Assembly (NCBI GenBank): GCA_024626585.2
Contig: JANKJI020000001.1
Span: 5,085,766-5,109,790, forward strand
DNA from: Ginkgo biloba
Taxonomy: Eukaryota > Plantae > Ginkgophyta
Reading direction: 5' to 3'
Length of the DNA: 24,025 nt
The notes below the pieces were generated by a model. That model saw only the letters and a list, made by a program, of their open reading frames with translations, made no database searches and was not told the origin of the DNA. Position numbers and translations under genes: made by a program. Of the stretch, positions 10,916 to 21,841 are shown piece after piece; position 1 is the first letter of the stretch, and every line of letters starts with the position of its first letter.

Positions 10916-12365
10916 TAGAATGCATTTTCATATTTTTCTCTACAACCTCGTGTAGATCCATGATGAAGTCCTTTTTTATTAGAAAAAAATAATAAAATTG
11001 AAAACCCGAAGTGATTGGATTTTAATCTAGTGATCCTTGGTTTTCCCAATCACTTGGTTTCCCAAAATCTTGGCAATTTTAATCTTCTAGAGTGTCTTCC
11101 ATCTGTAGGTTCAGTTTCCCTTTAAAATCAAGCCTACCCACTATAAATAAGCCTTAAAGTGAGTCATTGTAGGGGAGGGAGAGAATCAATAGAGCTATGA
11201 TATCCAATTATTGATACAGTTTACCTTTAATACCACTTTGTCACTCCATCACTTCATCCCTCTTTATGCTTCCTTAGGCTTAGTTTATATATTCTAAGTC
11301 TTCTTTAGGCATTTTAGGATTCATAGTATGCAGATTTCATACCATTACAGACCTAAACTTAGTTCATTCTTTCCACTACCATGCTAGTTACCCAGTTTTC
11401 CTCATCCATCCATTATTTTATTATAGGTTCATGATTAGATTCAAGCTTGGAGGCTTGTGAATCAATTGGAGTGTTGAAGGCATGCTTACCAGGGTTTGGT
11501 GGCTCAATTCTTCTAGATTCATCTCTATTATAGGTATGAGCATATTTTTGCTATTTCTCTCTTGCTATTTTATTTTAAATATAACAAATATAAAGAGAAA
11601 CTTAGCCTTTTTTCTTTTTAATTAGAAGACAGAAAAGAAAAGTAAGGAAGGAATTAGTTTTTTTTGCATTTTCTGTTAGTTGCCTAGTCAGATTGTTGTC
11701 AAATATTTATTCCTTACTAGTTCTTACCATTTAAGGGAGTGTATTCTCTACTTACATAGGGATTAGATATGATTTTAGTCATAAATCAGGTTTGGTTTTC
11801 TCATAGGAATTTTTATAATCCCTCGAGTTTTACACTTTTCATTTTAGTTTGTTTGACTGCTTTTAGTATGGGTGGGACTTATTGTTATCTTGCATTTTAC
11901 TTTTTATGCATAAAGAACATTAGGATTCACTCAACACACACATTCTAGTTTAATCTATTGACATCTCATGGATTCCTTTACAAGGATTCGATCCTCTGCA
12001 CCTTTGATAGGCCCTTGTGATCTCTTGAGGGATTTCACAAATTTTTTCAACCTCAAAAACTCCTTTTAGGGCAAGTTGTGACTTGTCCCTTTGAATGAAA
12101 ATTGAATTTCACTTCATGGCATACTGCATTTTGTATTTGGGATAAAGGGAAATGAAAAAAAGGTAGGAAAATAATTTCTTAGTTCTTTCATAATATCTAA
12201 AATCATGGTTCAACATGCACTTGCATAAAGTGGGGTTACTCTTCTTGTTTATTTATTTATTTAAAATAGAATCACTCCTTCACTCACACACATGCATACA
12301 CATGTTCGAGGTACTCTAGGGAGTAGCCCTATACCTCCTAACTTTTGGGCTAGTTATTCTGACCA
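10916..12365 (+). mobile_element. LTR-like non-coding block abutting the truncated paralog
   Basis: CTATAAATA at 11141 is followed by a purine-rich stretch and then a long T-rich, CpG-poor region. The block ends ...TGACCA (CA at 12364-12365) exactly where DUF1644 homology begins. The 5' end is lost in the gap and no second copy is seen, so the call rests on composition only. Confidence 0.4.
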
Positions 12366-13141
12366 ATTTGGGAAGAGAACATTCAGTTTCAGACATGATA
12401 CTGGAGAATGGATTAGAAGGAGATTCACAACAGACTGCAGAACAGGATTTTAATAGGTCATGCAAAAAAGAGGAAGCCCCAGAGTTAGCGTGTCCGCTTT
12501 GTAGAGGACAAGTTAAAGGTTGGACCATTGTTGAGAAAGCTCGGAGATATTTGAATGCAAAGTCTAGGAGCTGTGCAGAGGAAAACTGTCCTTTTGAGGG
12601 GACTTATGGACAACTGCGGAAGCATGCAAGACATGATCATCCACTTGCTCGACCCAGAGAAATAGACCTTGATCGGCAGCAGAATTGGCTTAGATTAGAA
12701 CAACAAAGTAACATGAATGATGTGCTTAGTACCATTCGATCGGCAATGCCTGGTTCCATGGTGTTTGGGGACTATGTGATTGAGGGCAGCAATATCGATA
12801 ATGAGGGTGATGACATTGAGTTTTCGGGTGATGGGGGAAATTGGTGGTCTTTTTTCCTTCTCTTTCATGTTTTGGGTCCAAACGCTAATGTTACAACTGG
12901 CAGAGCCATCCCTTCACGAGGCAGACGCCATACAAGAGACCATAGAAGGTTGAGATTGTCCTCGACTTCAAGAGAAAATTGGGGAGAGGGTTTTGAAGCT
13001 GTCGCTAGTGCCGAGGATAGTATCCATGGCAGTGATGCTGGAGAAGGGGCAGTGGGTTTAGTTGAAGAAAGGTCTACAGGTTCAGCCAGTAGGAGGCGTA
13101 GAAGCCGTCGCAGATCTGTTATCGAACGTGAGAATGCTTAA
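12365..13141 (+). CDS. 5'-truncated DUF1644 paralog (C-terminal two-thirds; partial gene, alternative exon or recent pseudogene)
   Basis: NLGREHSVSD aligns to copy-1 NLEREHLVSE. The CPLCRG-to-FLLF core is 89/125 identical by manual count, and there is no internal stop or frameshift. The listed start (12368) is a TTG, the first ATG is at 12395 and an in-frame TAG lies at 12317. The N-terminal Cys-rich half is absent. Confidence 0.85.
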   Translation, partial: NLGREHSVSDMILENGLEGDSQQTAEQDFNRSCKKEEAPELACPLCRGQVKGWTIVEKARRYLNAKSRSCAEENCPFEGTYGQLRKHARHDHPLARPREIDLDRQQNWLRLEQQSNMNDVLSTIRSAMPGSMVFGDYVIEGSNIDNEGDDIEFSGDGGNWWSFFLLFHVLGPNANVTTGRAIPSRGRRHTRDHRRLRLSSTSRENWGEGFEAVASAEDSIHGSDAGEGAVGLVEERSTGSASRRRRSRRRSVIERENA

Positions 13142-16100
13142 CAGTGTTGCTCATTTGCACTTTTATTTCATCAAAGCAGAGTTGGTGATCTTGGTGCTCA
13201 ATGCATGTTGTAGATAAGGTACTGATTTGTTTTTTTCATTGATTGGGACTTGCAAAAGGTTATATTCATCTGGCAACCTGTGCTTTTGCCATAAAGTCCA
13301 TCTGGGAAGGTAAATCCTTCTTAAAGGTTGTCGAAGCCAACTCTGAAAGGTTTCTTGTTTTTTTTCCTTATCCCAACTTGCATCGGGAAGGACACTGTGC
13401 TATTATGATTTATGCAGTTCTGAAAGATACACAAGCTATTATAGAATCTATAAAATTCACCTTCAATATGGCATGTACTGCAGCAGGCCCACATTTGAAG
13501 TTTCATAGTTTTTAGTGTCATTTACTATGCAGTGATAACAATTGGAACGTTGGCATAGGTTTTGTTCTGAATACAACATGTTCGGGCAATATATTTTTTA
13601 CTGTTGCCCGTGTTTTTACTTTTTTCATTCGTTTTGTTGTGAACTGTTTGAACTATAATGATAAAGAATGCTTGATATATCTGTATAGGAAGCTAATTAA
13701 TGTGGACATAAGGCTAAGCACTTCTGGGAAGTCTTTGCTAGTCACATATAGGTAAACAATTGAAAAATGATAAATAAAGCGTAGTTTCACTGGAACTGCT
13801 TTGCAGCATTTTCTTTGTCTATTTGTCTATGGTTTCATTATTAGCGAAATGTTTCTCTATTTGAGCTGTACAAAAATAAAATCAGTGATTAAAAAAATCT
13901 ATTACCCGATGTGTAGGTCACATTTACTTTCGATATGGGTGGTTTGCATTTTTTTTCACAAAACATGTTTTTATGCATTTCTACTTTGGAGGAACTTGGC
14001 ATTTTGTGAACCCAGTGAAACTAAGAAACAAAACAATGCAGTTGTTTTACAGTACTCAAGATGCTTCTGGTGACTAATCTGCCATAACACTCTGAAGAAG
14101 CTTATAGTAAAGCGTTGGTACTTGTGAAGGATATTTGTTATTTATTGTTGACAATACTTGGTAGTAGATCTGTGTAACTTTGTTCAAACCATGATAACAA
14201 AATACCTTTCTGATTAAGAAATCTACCTAAATNNNNNNNNNNNNNNNNNNNNNNNNNNNNNNNNNNNNNNNNNNNNNNNNNNNNNNNNNNNNNNNNNNNN
14301 NNNNNNNNNNNNNNNNNNNNNNNNNNNNNNNNNNNNNNNNNNNNNNNNATTTGTATATCTTATGAGGGTGGGTATTAAACTGTGTGCGCTTTTCTGATTA
14401 CCCTTTAATCTTTCGTTACCCATATATTATATGTTTTTTGGGATCCGCTCTATCGGCGTTGTTTCTATGTGCTTTGGCTTAAACTACTAGTTTGCAATGT
14501 GGTTTCAGTTTTCCAAAATGGAACAAATCATAGAAGTATATGAAAGTTTATACTTCATGGAAACAGGATCCATGCACAAATGATAAACAATTCAATGCAA
14601 TTCATTTGCAGTATGTAGGGTGCCACTGCTAATTAATATACTATATCACTGTGAAGAAGGTTATGATTTAAGGTTGAGGTTAGTTAAAGAGCATTTTTAT
14701 TTGTTAGTGTAAAATGTCTCATGCTTCCTTTCTTTTGGAAAAATACAATATTATTACTAAGTAATTGACAAGGAACCATGCTGGTAAGGTGACCAATTAC
14801 AACCAGGAATTCTACAGGGTTAGAAAACCATAGTCTACTAGTAGGGAATTTTACATGCGTAAAGGTTTTATGCAAATGGAAGATTAATTTGTTGCCTGTT
14901 CACCTGTTCATTATGAATGCACTCTGTTAGGTTTGTCCCTCTACTTTGAACACATTGCAGCGACCTGGCCTGTCCTCTGGGTGACATAGGCCCAAGATGT
15001 TTATAAGTCCTCTCTGGGAAGCAATGGACTGATTTAACATCCAATCAGGGTTTTGTTTGGTAGGAAGGCTTAGTAGACTCAATGGCATCTACGTGTTTCT
15101 GTATTTCTGTCACATATCTCCACAGCTTCTTGCTTTTCTTCTTCCTGGGGTCCATGATTTCCAAAGTTTACTTGATGCTTGTTGTCTTCTCCTTCCATTA
15201 TTTGCTTCTTGTTATTAGTGATTTCATAAGAGGGTGAAGGTAGTCATTGTGAAGTAGGCCCAGACATTAGACTAATGGTTGGAGTGATGCATTGAAGCTT
15301 TGATCGTTTCTTTAGATTGCATCAAAGTCACTATTCTCACAACCGTTTCCTTTGCTATGCTCAAATCTGAATATGTTATATCTATGTATGGAAGTTCTTG
15401 CACAATCTGCCTTTGACTTTGGGTTGTACTAAGCCACCTTATCTTTGAGCAAGACTGTGTCTTTTATCTCCATGACCGACCCACATAAACTCTCTCTTCT
15501 ACAGAGGCCATGTACTAACAAACGGTCTGCACACTGATGGATGTTATTACAGGTTGGACTCTGAGCTTGTGGCATTCTCCAGACTAATAAGTCCCATGAT
15601 ATGTTCAAGGTAAATATGCACAGTAGGATACTCTTTACATAACATCGAAGTTTACTTGCACCCTATGATATCTGTGGTTTGCCTTTGTTGAATTCCAAGT
15701 GGCGGATGATCATGCTATGAGGTCCTGTCATTTGGAAATCCTAGTGTGCATTATTAAATTAATATGCATGCCGAGCTTGGTACACCATTCAATACAATGT
15801 GGGAAAAACTGAAGCTGGATTTCAACCTCTAGCTCTTTGTTGCTATAGCTTATTTTCATAACTTTCAATGCACTCAATTGGTGCTAAGGGTATCAACACA
15901 AACTTTAATGATTTATTTTGATTTATTAATGGATATGTATCTTCGTTTATTGGTACAGAAGGTGTCTTCTTTGCATTAAACAATGTTGGGCACTGTATCT
16001 ACTCTGCAGTTTTAAGTTGGTGCCAATGCCTTAGAGAATATTGGTTGTAATTTGTAATTGTAGCCACTAAGGGGGAACATAGACCATGTGTTGAGTTGTC

Positions 16101-18049
16101 TTCATTAGATATTGATAGAGAATGTTCTAGAGCTAAATAATGGAAGGTGTGATAGTGCACAGGACCTAGGATGAGCATGGACCCTAGCAAGTAGAGAGAT
16201 TCTCTCTTACACCCTGATTGAAGATTTTCAATACACTCAGTTTGTGTTTTCAAAAATTATTTTCTTAGAAAAATTTTGTGTTTTATATGTACCGCTTGTA
16301 TTAGTGGGATCTTTATGTAAATTCTCACCTTTAGTGGTGCTATAAAGGTTCGGGGACCTTTCAAAACCCCTTCTACCCTAATAAAAAAAAAAAAGCCTTT
16401 TGATCACTTTTCTAATAACAATANNNNNNNNNNNNNNNNNNNNNNNNNNNNNATAATTAGTATTCTCTTTAGTACAAATTGGATAATCCTATGGGGATTA
16501 TAAGGTCATCCTTATATTTCCTCATATAATCCCCCCATAATGTAAAGAACATAAGAGTTTATAAATATAACATTGATGAGAGAAATACTATTATAACTAA
16601 TCAAATGTACATTTATTTTTATCTTTTTATAAATGAGGATATTCCTTCTCTCCATATACATCAACTCTATAAGTAAAAGTTAATGTACCCATTTGGTAGG
16701 AGGGTGAAGGAATGGCCTTCAAAAAGTAAGAAAGCATATGGATAATAAATCCAAGGGTGTAATCATATTTGTAACCTTCTACAATATTGAACTGAGGCTC
16801 TTCTTCAATGATCTATCCCCTATATAGTTGTATAAAATCTCTAAAATACTATTGGTACAATTTTCCCTGTAATATGGTATTAGCATGTGCCTTTACAAGG
16901 TGATATTATGTTTGTGAGTAAAGTATCATGTTAGTGCATGTAAAAAATTCACACACAAATGAATCAACTGCAATTATACTATGTTTGTAAAGAACATAAA
17001 TGTGTTAATATTAATTATACCTTGTTTATAGTGCACTAAGATGGGACGATTATTCAAAGCCCAAAAACATGTAAAAATATGTCAAAATTATGCACCTTCA
17101 CTTGTAAGATGAGAAAATGACCCGTATAAAATTTTGGATCTTCCAAATCACTATACATAATCCAATAAGGAACCTATTCACTCAAATAATTTGGAAATAA
17201 ATNNNNNNNNNNNNNNNNNNNNNNNNNNNNNNNNNNNNNNNNNNNNNNNNNNNNNNNNNNNNNNNNNNNNNNNNNNNNNNNNNNNNNNNNNNNNNNNNNN
17301 NNGGAAAATAACTAGTAAAGCCAACCTTGCTAGGATATAAAAGAGCTAGACAAATTGAGTTAGCTCAAGAGAAAGAGGCTTAATCAAACAACACATCTAT
17401 AATAAGTGAGGGTGGGAGGGAGTGGTCTCACAAACTCATTAAATGAAAGTGAAAATGTTGGTCACTTAAAGAGATTTCTAGATCAACTTCGGTATTATAT
17501 GCATACTATAATCTCTTAGATTTTGCAATATTTGTCGACCATATCCTCTACAACTATAACAACAACCACTACCAAGCTTAGAAATTGATGAACATTAAAC
17601 ATTTTTGGTCTCTAAAAACATCAAATGCAGGGCAAGAAAAAATTCAAAGTGTCATGGGTGGCTTGCACAATTTCCTTTTAAGAATCAAGTTTTATAAAGG
17701 GTAAATATGCACAACCATAGGAGGAATGATAAAATATATTGTATTTGTAGTGATGTTAATGAATATCTTTCAAATTTGAACCGTATTGTACAAATAATAA
17801 ATGCACTAATGGAAACAAAATAACATTTCACATAGTTCAATATTTAGTTGTTTACTTTAAAAATACATTAAAGGGAAACTGGATTCTCAAACCGTCATCA
17901 AAATTGAAGACAAAAGGAAACTCTTACAGTTAAAGTCCAATCCTGGCCACCACCAACAATGGTGTTGTTAGCAATGGTGCAATATCCAATGGTGCAATTG
18001 TAACTTCTATTCAAAATTAGTTTCTAGTACACACCTTCGGTGTGCAACT

Positions 18050-18500
18050 TATAAAGTTGAAACTAAGGTAAAAATCCTTACATGTGATAAGAAGATGGAT
18101 CTTGAAAAGTTTGATAATTATCTAAGGAAACTAGAGATATGTTTTGTAGTGAAACAATACCTAATCCTTTAAAATATAACCTTTTATAATCTTAAAATGA
18201 GATGTCAAACCTTACTTGGATGGGGGAGTTTTTGTGTGAGATAAAGACAACAAGGCAAACAACCCATCACCATATGGGATGAGTTTAAGCAGTTGATTAA
18301 CAATATATTCTACCAAACTGATCAATGATATGATTACACGAGGGAAAAGTGAATTTATTGCCAATGTAATAGACAAAAAGATGACCAAATTATTGAGTTG
18401 TACACTTAAGAATTCAACAATTTTACCATTAGATAAAATTTATTTGAAGAAGAGGATAACTTGGTATTTAAGTTTATAGGTGGGCTATATACACCTATTT
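18050..18500 (+). mobile_element. Degenerate Ty3/gypsy gag remnant
   Basis: Reads YKVETKVKILTCDKKMDLEKFDNYLRKLEICF...LKMRCQTLLGWGSF...PITIWDEFKQLINNIFY and RQKDDQIIELYT*EFNNFTIR*..EEEDNLVFKFIGGL. These are typical capsid motifs, with in-frame stops. Confidence 0.85.
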
Positions 18501-18683
18501 AAAATACGTTTCTAAGGCTTATCATAGAGTAAAAATTATCGAAGCTAAGGGAAAGTAGAAATCTCTTATCACTTGTTCCAAGTTTCAAAAGAAAAGATTT
18601 CAGAAATCTCCATAAAAAAATTTGTAGTAGAAAAATATTTTCTTGTGAAATAAATTAGATAACTCCCTAAAGAAGGAATATGT

Positions 18684-18870
18684 TGATATCCTATGTTGAG
18701 ATAGGAGGGGACAAGTAGATTCAAGAATCTACTTATAAAGTGCACATAGACGAAGAAAAACATTTAGCCCTATTGTAAATCAAATTCTACATATAAGATC
18801 AAAGAAAAGAAATGAACATAGCAATAAGTGTGCACAAGAAGAATCCTTGTTTATATGCTTTAACTTCCCA
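18684..18870 (-). repeat. LTR terminal segment, copy A
   Basis: TGATATCCTATGTTGAGATAGGAG...AGAAAAGAAATGAACATAG...TTAACTTCCCAT, roughly 80-85% identical to 21842-22031 by manual alignment. Confidence 0.85.
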
Positions 18871-19742
18871 TAAAGTACATAGCTAATTTCAAAGCTCAAT
18901 TAGGCAAAACACGAAGAAGGAAGAACATCTATCTTAATGGTTTAGAGGCATGCTACTCTATGAGAACCTTCATATGCCTTTGAGTGCACTATGTGTGGAG
19001 ATCAACAATAGAGGTGGTGGGTTGTTTTCAACAATCAAACATTNNNNNNNNNNNNNNNNNNNNNNNNNNNNNNNNNNNNNNNNNNNNNNNNNNNNNNNNN
19101 NNNNNNNNNNNNNNNNNACTTAGAAAATATTAGAATTCCTATGCTAAGAAAATGTACTATTGAGTGCAATAAAATATGACTGTTAATTTCTTATGCTAGA
19201 GCTATGCATTAGGATCTAGGAATTGAAAATTGTACTACTGAAAAGAAAATAGAGAAAGAAACACTAACTATCTATCTATGGGTACAATCAAAAGTCACTA
19301 AAATTTAACAAGGGCCCATCTGAGAAATACTAACAACTTATGNNNNNNNNNNNNNNNNNNNNNNNNNNNCAAAAGTATCCTTCTTTATTATTATTACCAG
19401 CATCCATTTATACATCTTACAAGCAGTTTATTGAGTAACTGTCTGCAACAAAAAATGAGTAGTTACCCATTACAAGATAACTGTTAATAGAAATTGTATT
19501 AGTCATACGAGTTTCTAGGCAACTGGTAAGTATATTACATAGAAATCAACCAGACACTAAGTAATTGGTAAGTCGGGTGGATTCTAGTCACTATAAAACT
19601 TGATGTATATGAATAAAAACATAGATACAGAAGGAAGGAAGGATAAAATAACGGATTGGAAATGGGATTTCGTTTGAAATATCTCATTGGAACAACCTTC
19701 AACAAATTTTGATAGAAATAACGATGGGTGAGAAAATCGTGC

Positions 19743-19760
19743 ATTGTTTCCCCCTGCTTA
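19743..19760 (-). promoter_or_regulatory. Polypurine tract followed by TG (start of a 3' LTR)
   Basis: The minus strand reads ..AAGCAGGGGGAAACAA|TGCACG, directly after the end of the decayed ORF. Confidence 0.5.
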
Positions 19761-19789
19761 TCTCCTTGTTGTCCTCAATAGTTAATCAT

Positions 19790-20800
19790 CTCCAAGTAGA
19801 GGAAAGATTCTTCCTCTCATTTTGTGTCAAGATGTTATGGTACATCACTTCTCTCAGGTCCCATCCTCTAAGGATCTCTTCTTGGGTNNNNNNNNNNATT
19901 ATTGTGAGGAATGTTGATCCATCTTGGCCTATAAATTAGGATATTTTCCCCAATAACTTTGAGGAAAGGCTGTAAAATAGGGCTAGGATAATACATGGTC
20001 CCAATCCACTTAGACCCAGCTGCCTTAATTTTATTTTTAAGTGTATCAATCCTGTTCTTGGAATTGGAGTACATCTCCATCCTCCATGGCTCCTGAGTAG
20101 TCAAGTAGGCATCCTTTCCGGCTTCATTCATCCGCCTTTATATATAATCCACAGATCGGTCCCNNNNNNNNNNNNNNNNNNNNNNNNNNNNCCCATAGCT
20201 TTTCCACATATGCTTGAGGCTCACAAAACTCCTTCAGATAGTACTCATGGATATCTTTATAAACCTGTTCAAGGTCTGAAGGGGGCATCTCCCAATCTCT
20301 TGGGTTGCGCCTAAACTCATAGGGGGCTTCTTTTAACAATTTTAAGTACTTTGTCATCTATTCTCCTCTCTAGTGCTCTGTTTGTAGGGTTGACATAAAT
20401 GCTCAAATATGAACACTTCCCATCACCATATTAATGGGAAAGGTAAGTTCATCTAGGATTAGGAACCCAATCATGAATGCCTCTACTAACAAATTCCTCT
20501 CTTTTAGATCTGCTGCTTTATATAAATTCATCAGGGTGCCCACATCATTTTGTAGGAAGGCATACTCCTATAACAAAGTATTCAGCTGATAGTGGAGAAA
20601 AACCTTCCAAAACATGATAGGATAGACACAACTAGGAGCCCTACAATTTTCTAGCTGAAACCCCACCTCAACTTCTTTGTTTAGCCGATCCTCTACTTGT
20701 CTAAGCCTGATTCTTAGATTATAAATATCACTCCTAGGATCTGAAAGATCCAAATGGATCTGTACATTTGGAGTAATATCTATGTCAGCTTTTGAATTTA
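19790..20800 (-). pseudogene. Decayed ~335-codon ORF of unknown function inside the LTR element
   Basis: ORF-track pieces 20568-20753 and 20124-20357 share a frame (offset 396) and are joined by coding-like sequence with isolated TAG/TGA stops (LL*EYAFLQNDVGTLMNLYKAADLKERNLLVEAFMIGFLILDELTFP..). Apparent frame changes coincide with the N gaps at 20164-20191 and 19888-19897. Confidence 0.6.
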
Positions 20801-21639
20801 ATTCCTTAATGCATTNNNNNNNNNNNNNNNNNNNNNNNNNNNNNNNNNNNNNNNNNNNNNNNNNNNNNNNNNNNNNNNNNNNNNNNNNNNNNNNNNNNNN
20901 NNNNNNNNNNNNNNNACAATATTTGCACCTTGAGAAATATAGTTAAATAATGGAAGTGTACATTATTTGTACATATTAAAAACGCTAATAATTTGAGATT
21001 ATTTTTCAAAATTTATTCAATATCTTAAAAGAGAAGTTTACCAAATTCTTGTACTATGGATAAGAATATCTACTTATTACCATTTCCTCCATTACACTAA
21101 TATGCATACACTCTTTGTACTCATTATCATATCATACCCTTTGCCAAAAATGTAATAAGCAACATGTTGACTATAATGAAATTAATGATAGAATTGGCTT
21201 CCACATAGATAACGATAGTTTACTGCTACTGCAATTGAATAAACTTAGAGAATCTTTTGGGTGGTTCCATGCACCATTTGAATGGGTAATAATGGACTAA
21301 CGAAGGTGGTGTTGGTCTGGACTTTCACAGGATTTCTTACAGATCAGGGGCTCTGCGTATAAGTGCTTTTTGAATTTTTGGTCCCTAACTCCTTCTATGG
21401 AGCAACACCATTAGAATAGACAANNNNNNNNNNGCGAAAATACTATATATATACATGAGGACATTGTGGTATGGGCATTCATTGCAATAGTTTATTCCAA
21501 AGAAAGACTCTGGTTTGAATCATAGATCTGCTCTCTGAATGCATTTAAGAAGGATGAGGAATTTCTTTCATATAACCCTGATCTATGGAAGACACCTATT
21601 GTCTCTTGTTTTAAAGATTTGGATGCTTACAAAAATGAT

Positions 21640-21824
21640 TTTCTTCATAAAATCTTCTACAACATGTGGATGGCAATGTCCATTGGAAATTATCATAATG
21701 CCTACAAAAACATCAAGGTATCTCCACCCATCCTCATCGAATAAGTATTTAGAGGCTTCTGGCTGTAATGGAAAATGGAGGGATAGAGGAACTACTTCCT
21801 TTTGTGTAACACTTGGTCAGCATA
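21640..21824 (-). pseudogene. AGT2: Fragment of alanine:glyoxylate aminotransferase 2 (class-III PLP aminotransferase)
   Basis: Minus strand reads YADQVLHKRK*FLYPSIFHYSQKPLN, then frameshifts to YLFDEDGWRYLDVFVGIMIISNGHCHPHVVE. This matches the plant AGT2 N-terminal motif as I recall it ([61 protein letters not shown]), with IVEGKMQ deleted. Confidence 0.85.
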
Positions 21825-21828
21825 ATCT

Positions 21829-21840
21829 ACTATGATACTA
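21829..21840 (-). promoter_or_regulatory. Degenerate tRNA-iMet primer-binding site
   Basis: Minus strand TAGTATCATAGT matches TGGTATCAGAGC at 9/12 positions and lies 1 nt from the LTR end at 21842. Confidence 0.65.
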
Positions 21841-21841
21841 A

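Noticed and set aside
9532-12528. Antisense ORFs 9532-9795, 10114-10317 and 12316-12528
   Set aside because: They are short shadows of the real sense CDS. Their mutual similarity simply mirrors the paralogy.
16065-16360. Possible copia-type PPT (AAGGGGGAA at 16069) and short LTR ending before AGTGGTGCTATA
   Set aside because: Boundaries are unclear, the PBS match is poor, and there is no partner LTR or coding remnant.
17330-17503. 5' LTR and PBS for the gag remnant at 18050 (TATAAAA at 17336, ..GATCA-ACTT-CGGTATTATATGC)
   Set aside because: The position is plausible, but the PBS match is too degenerate to call.
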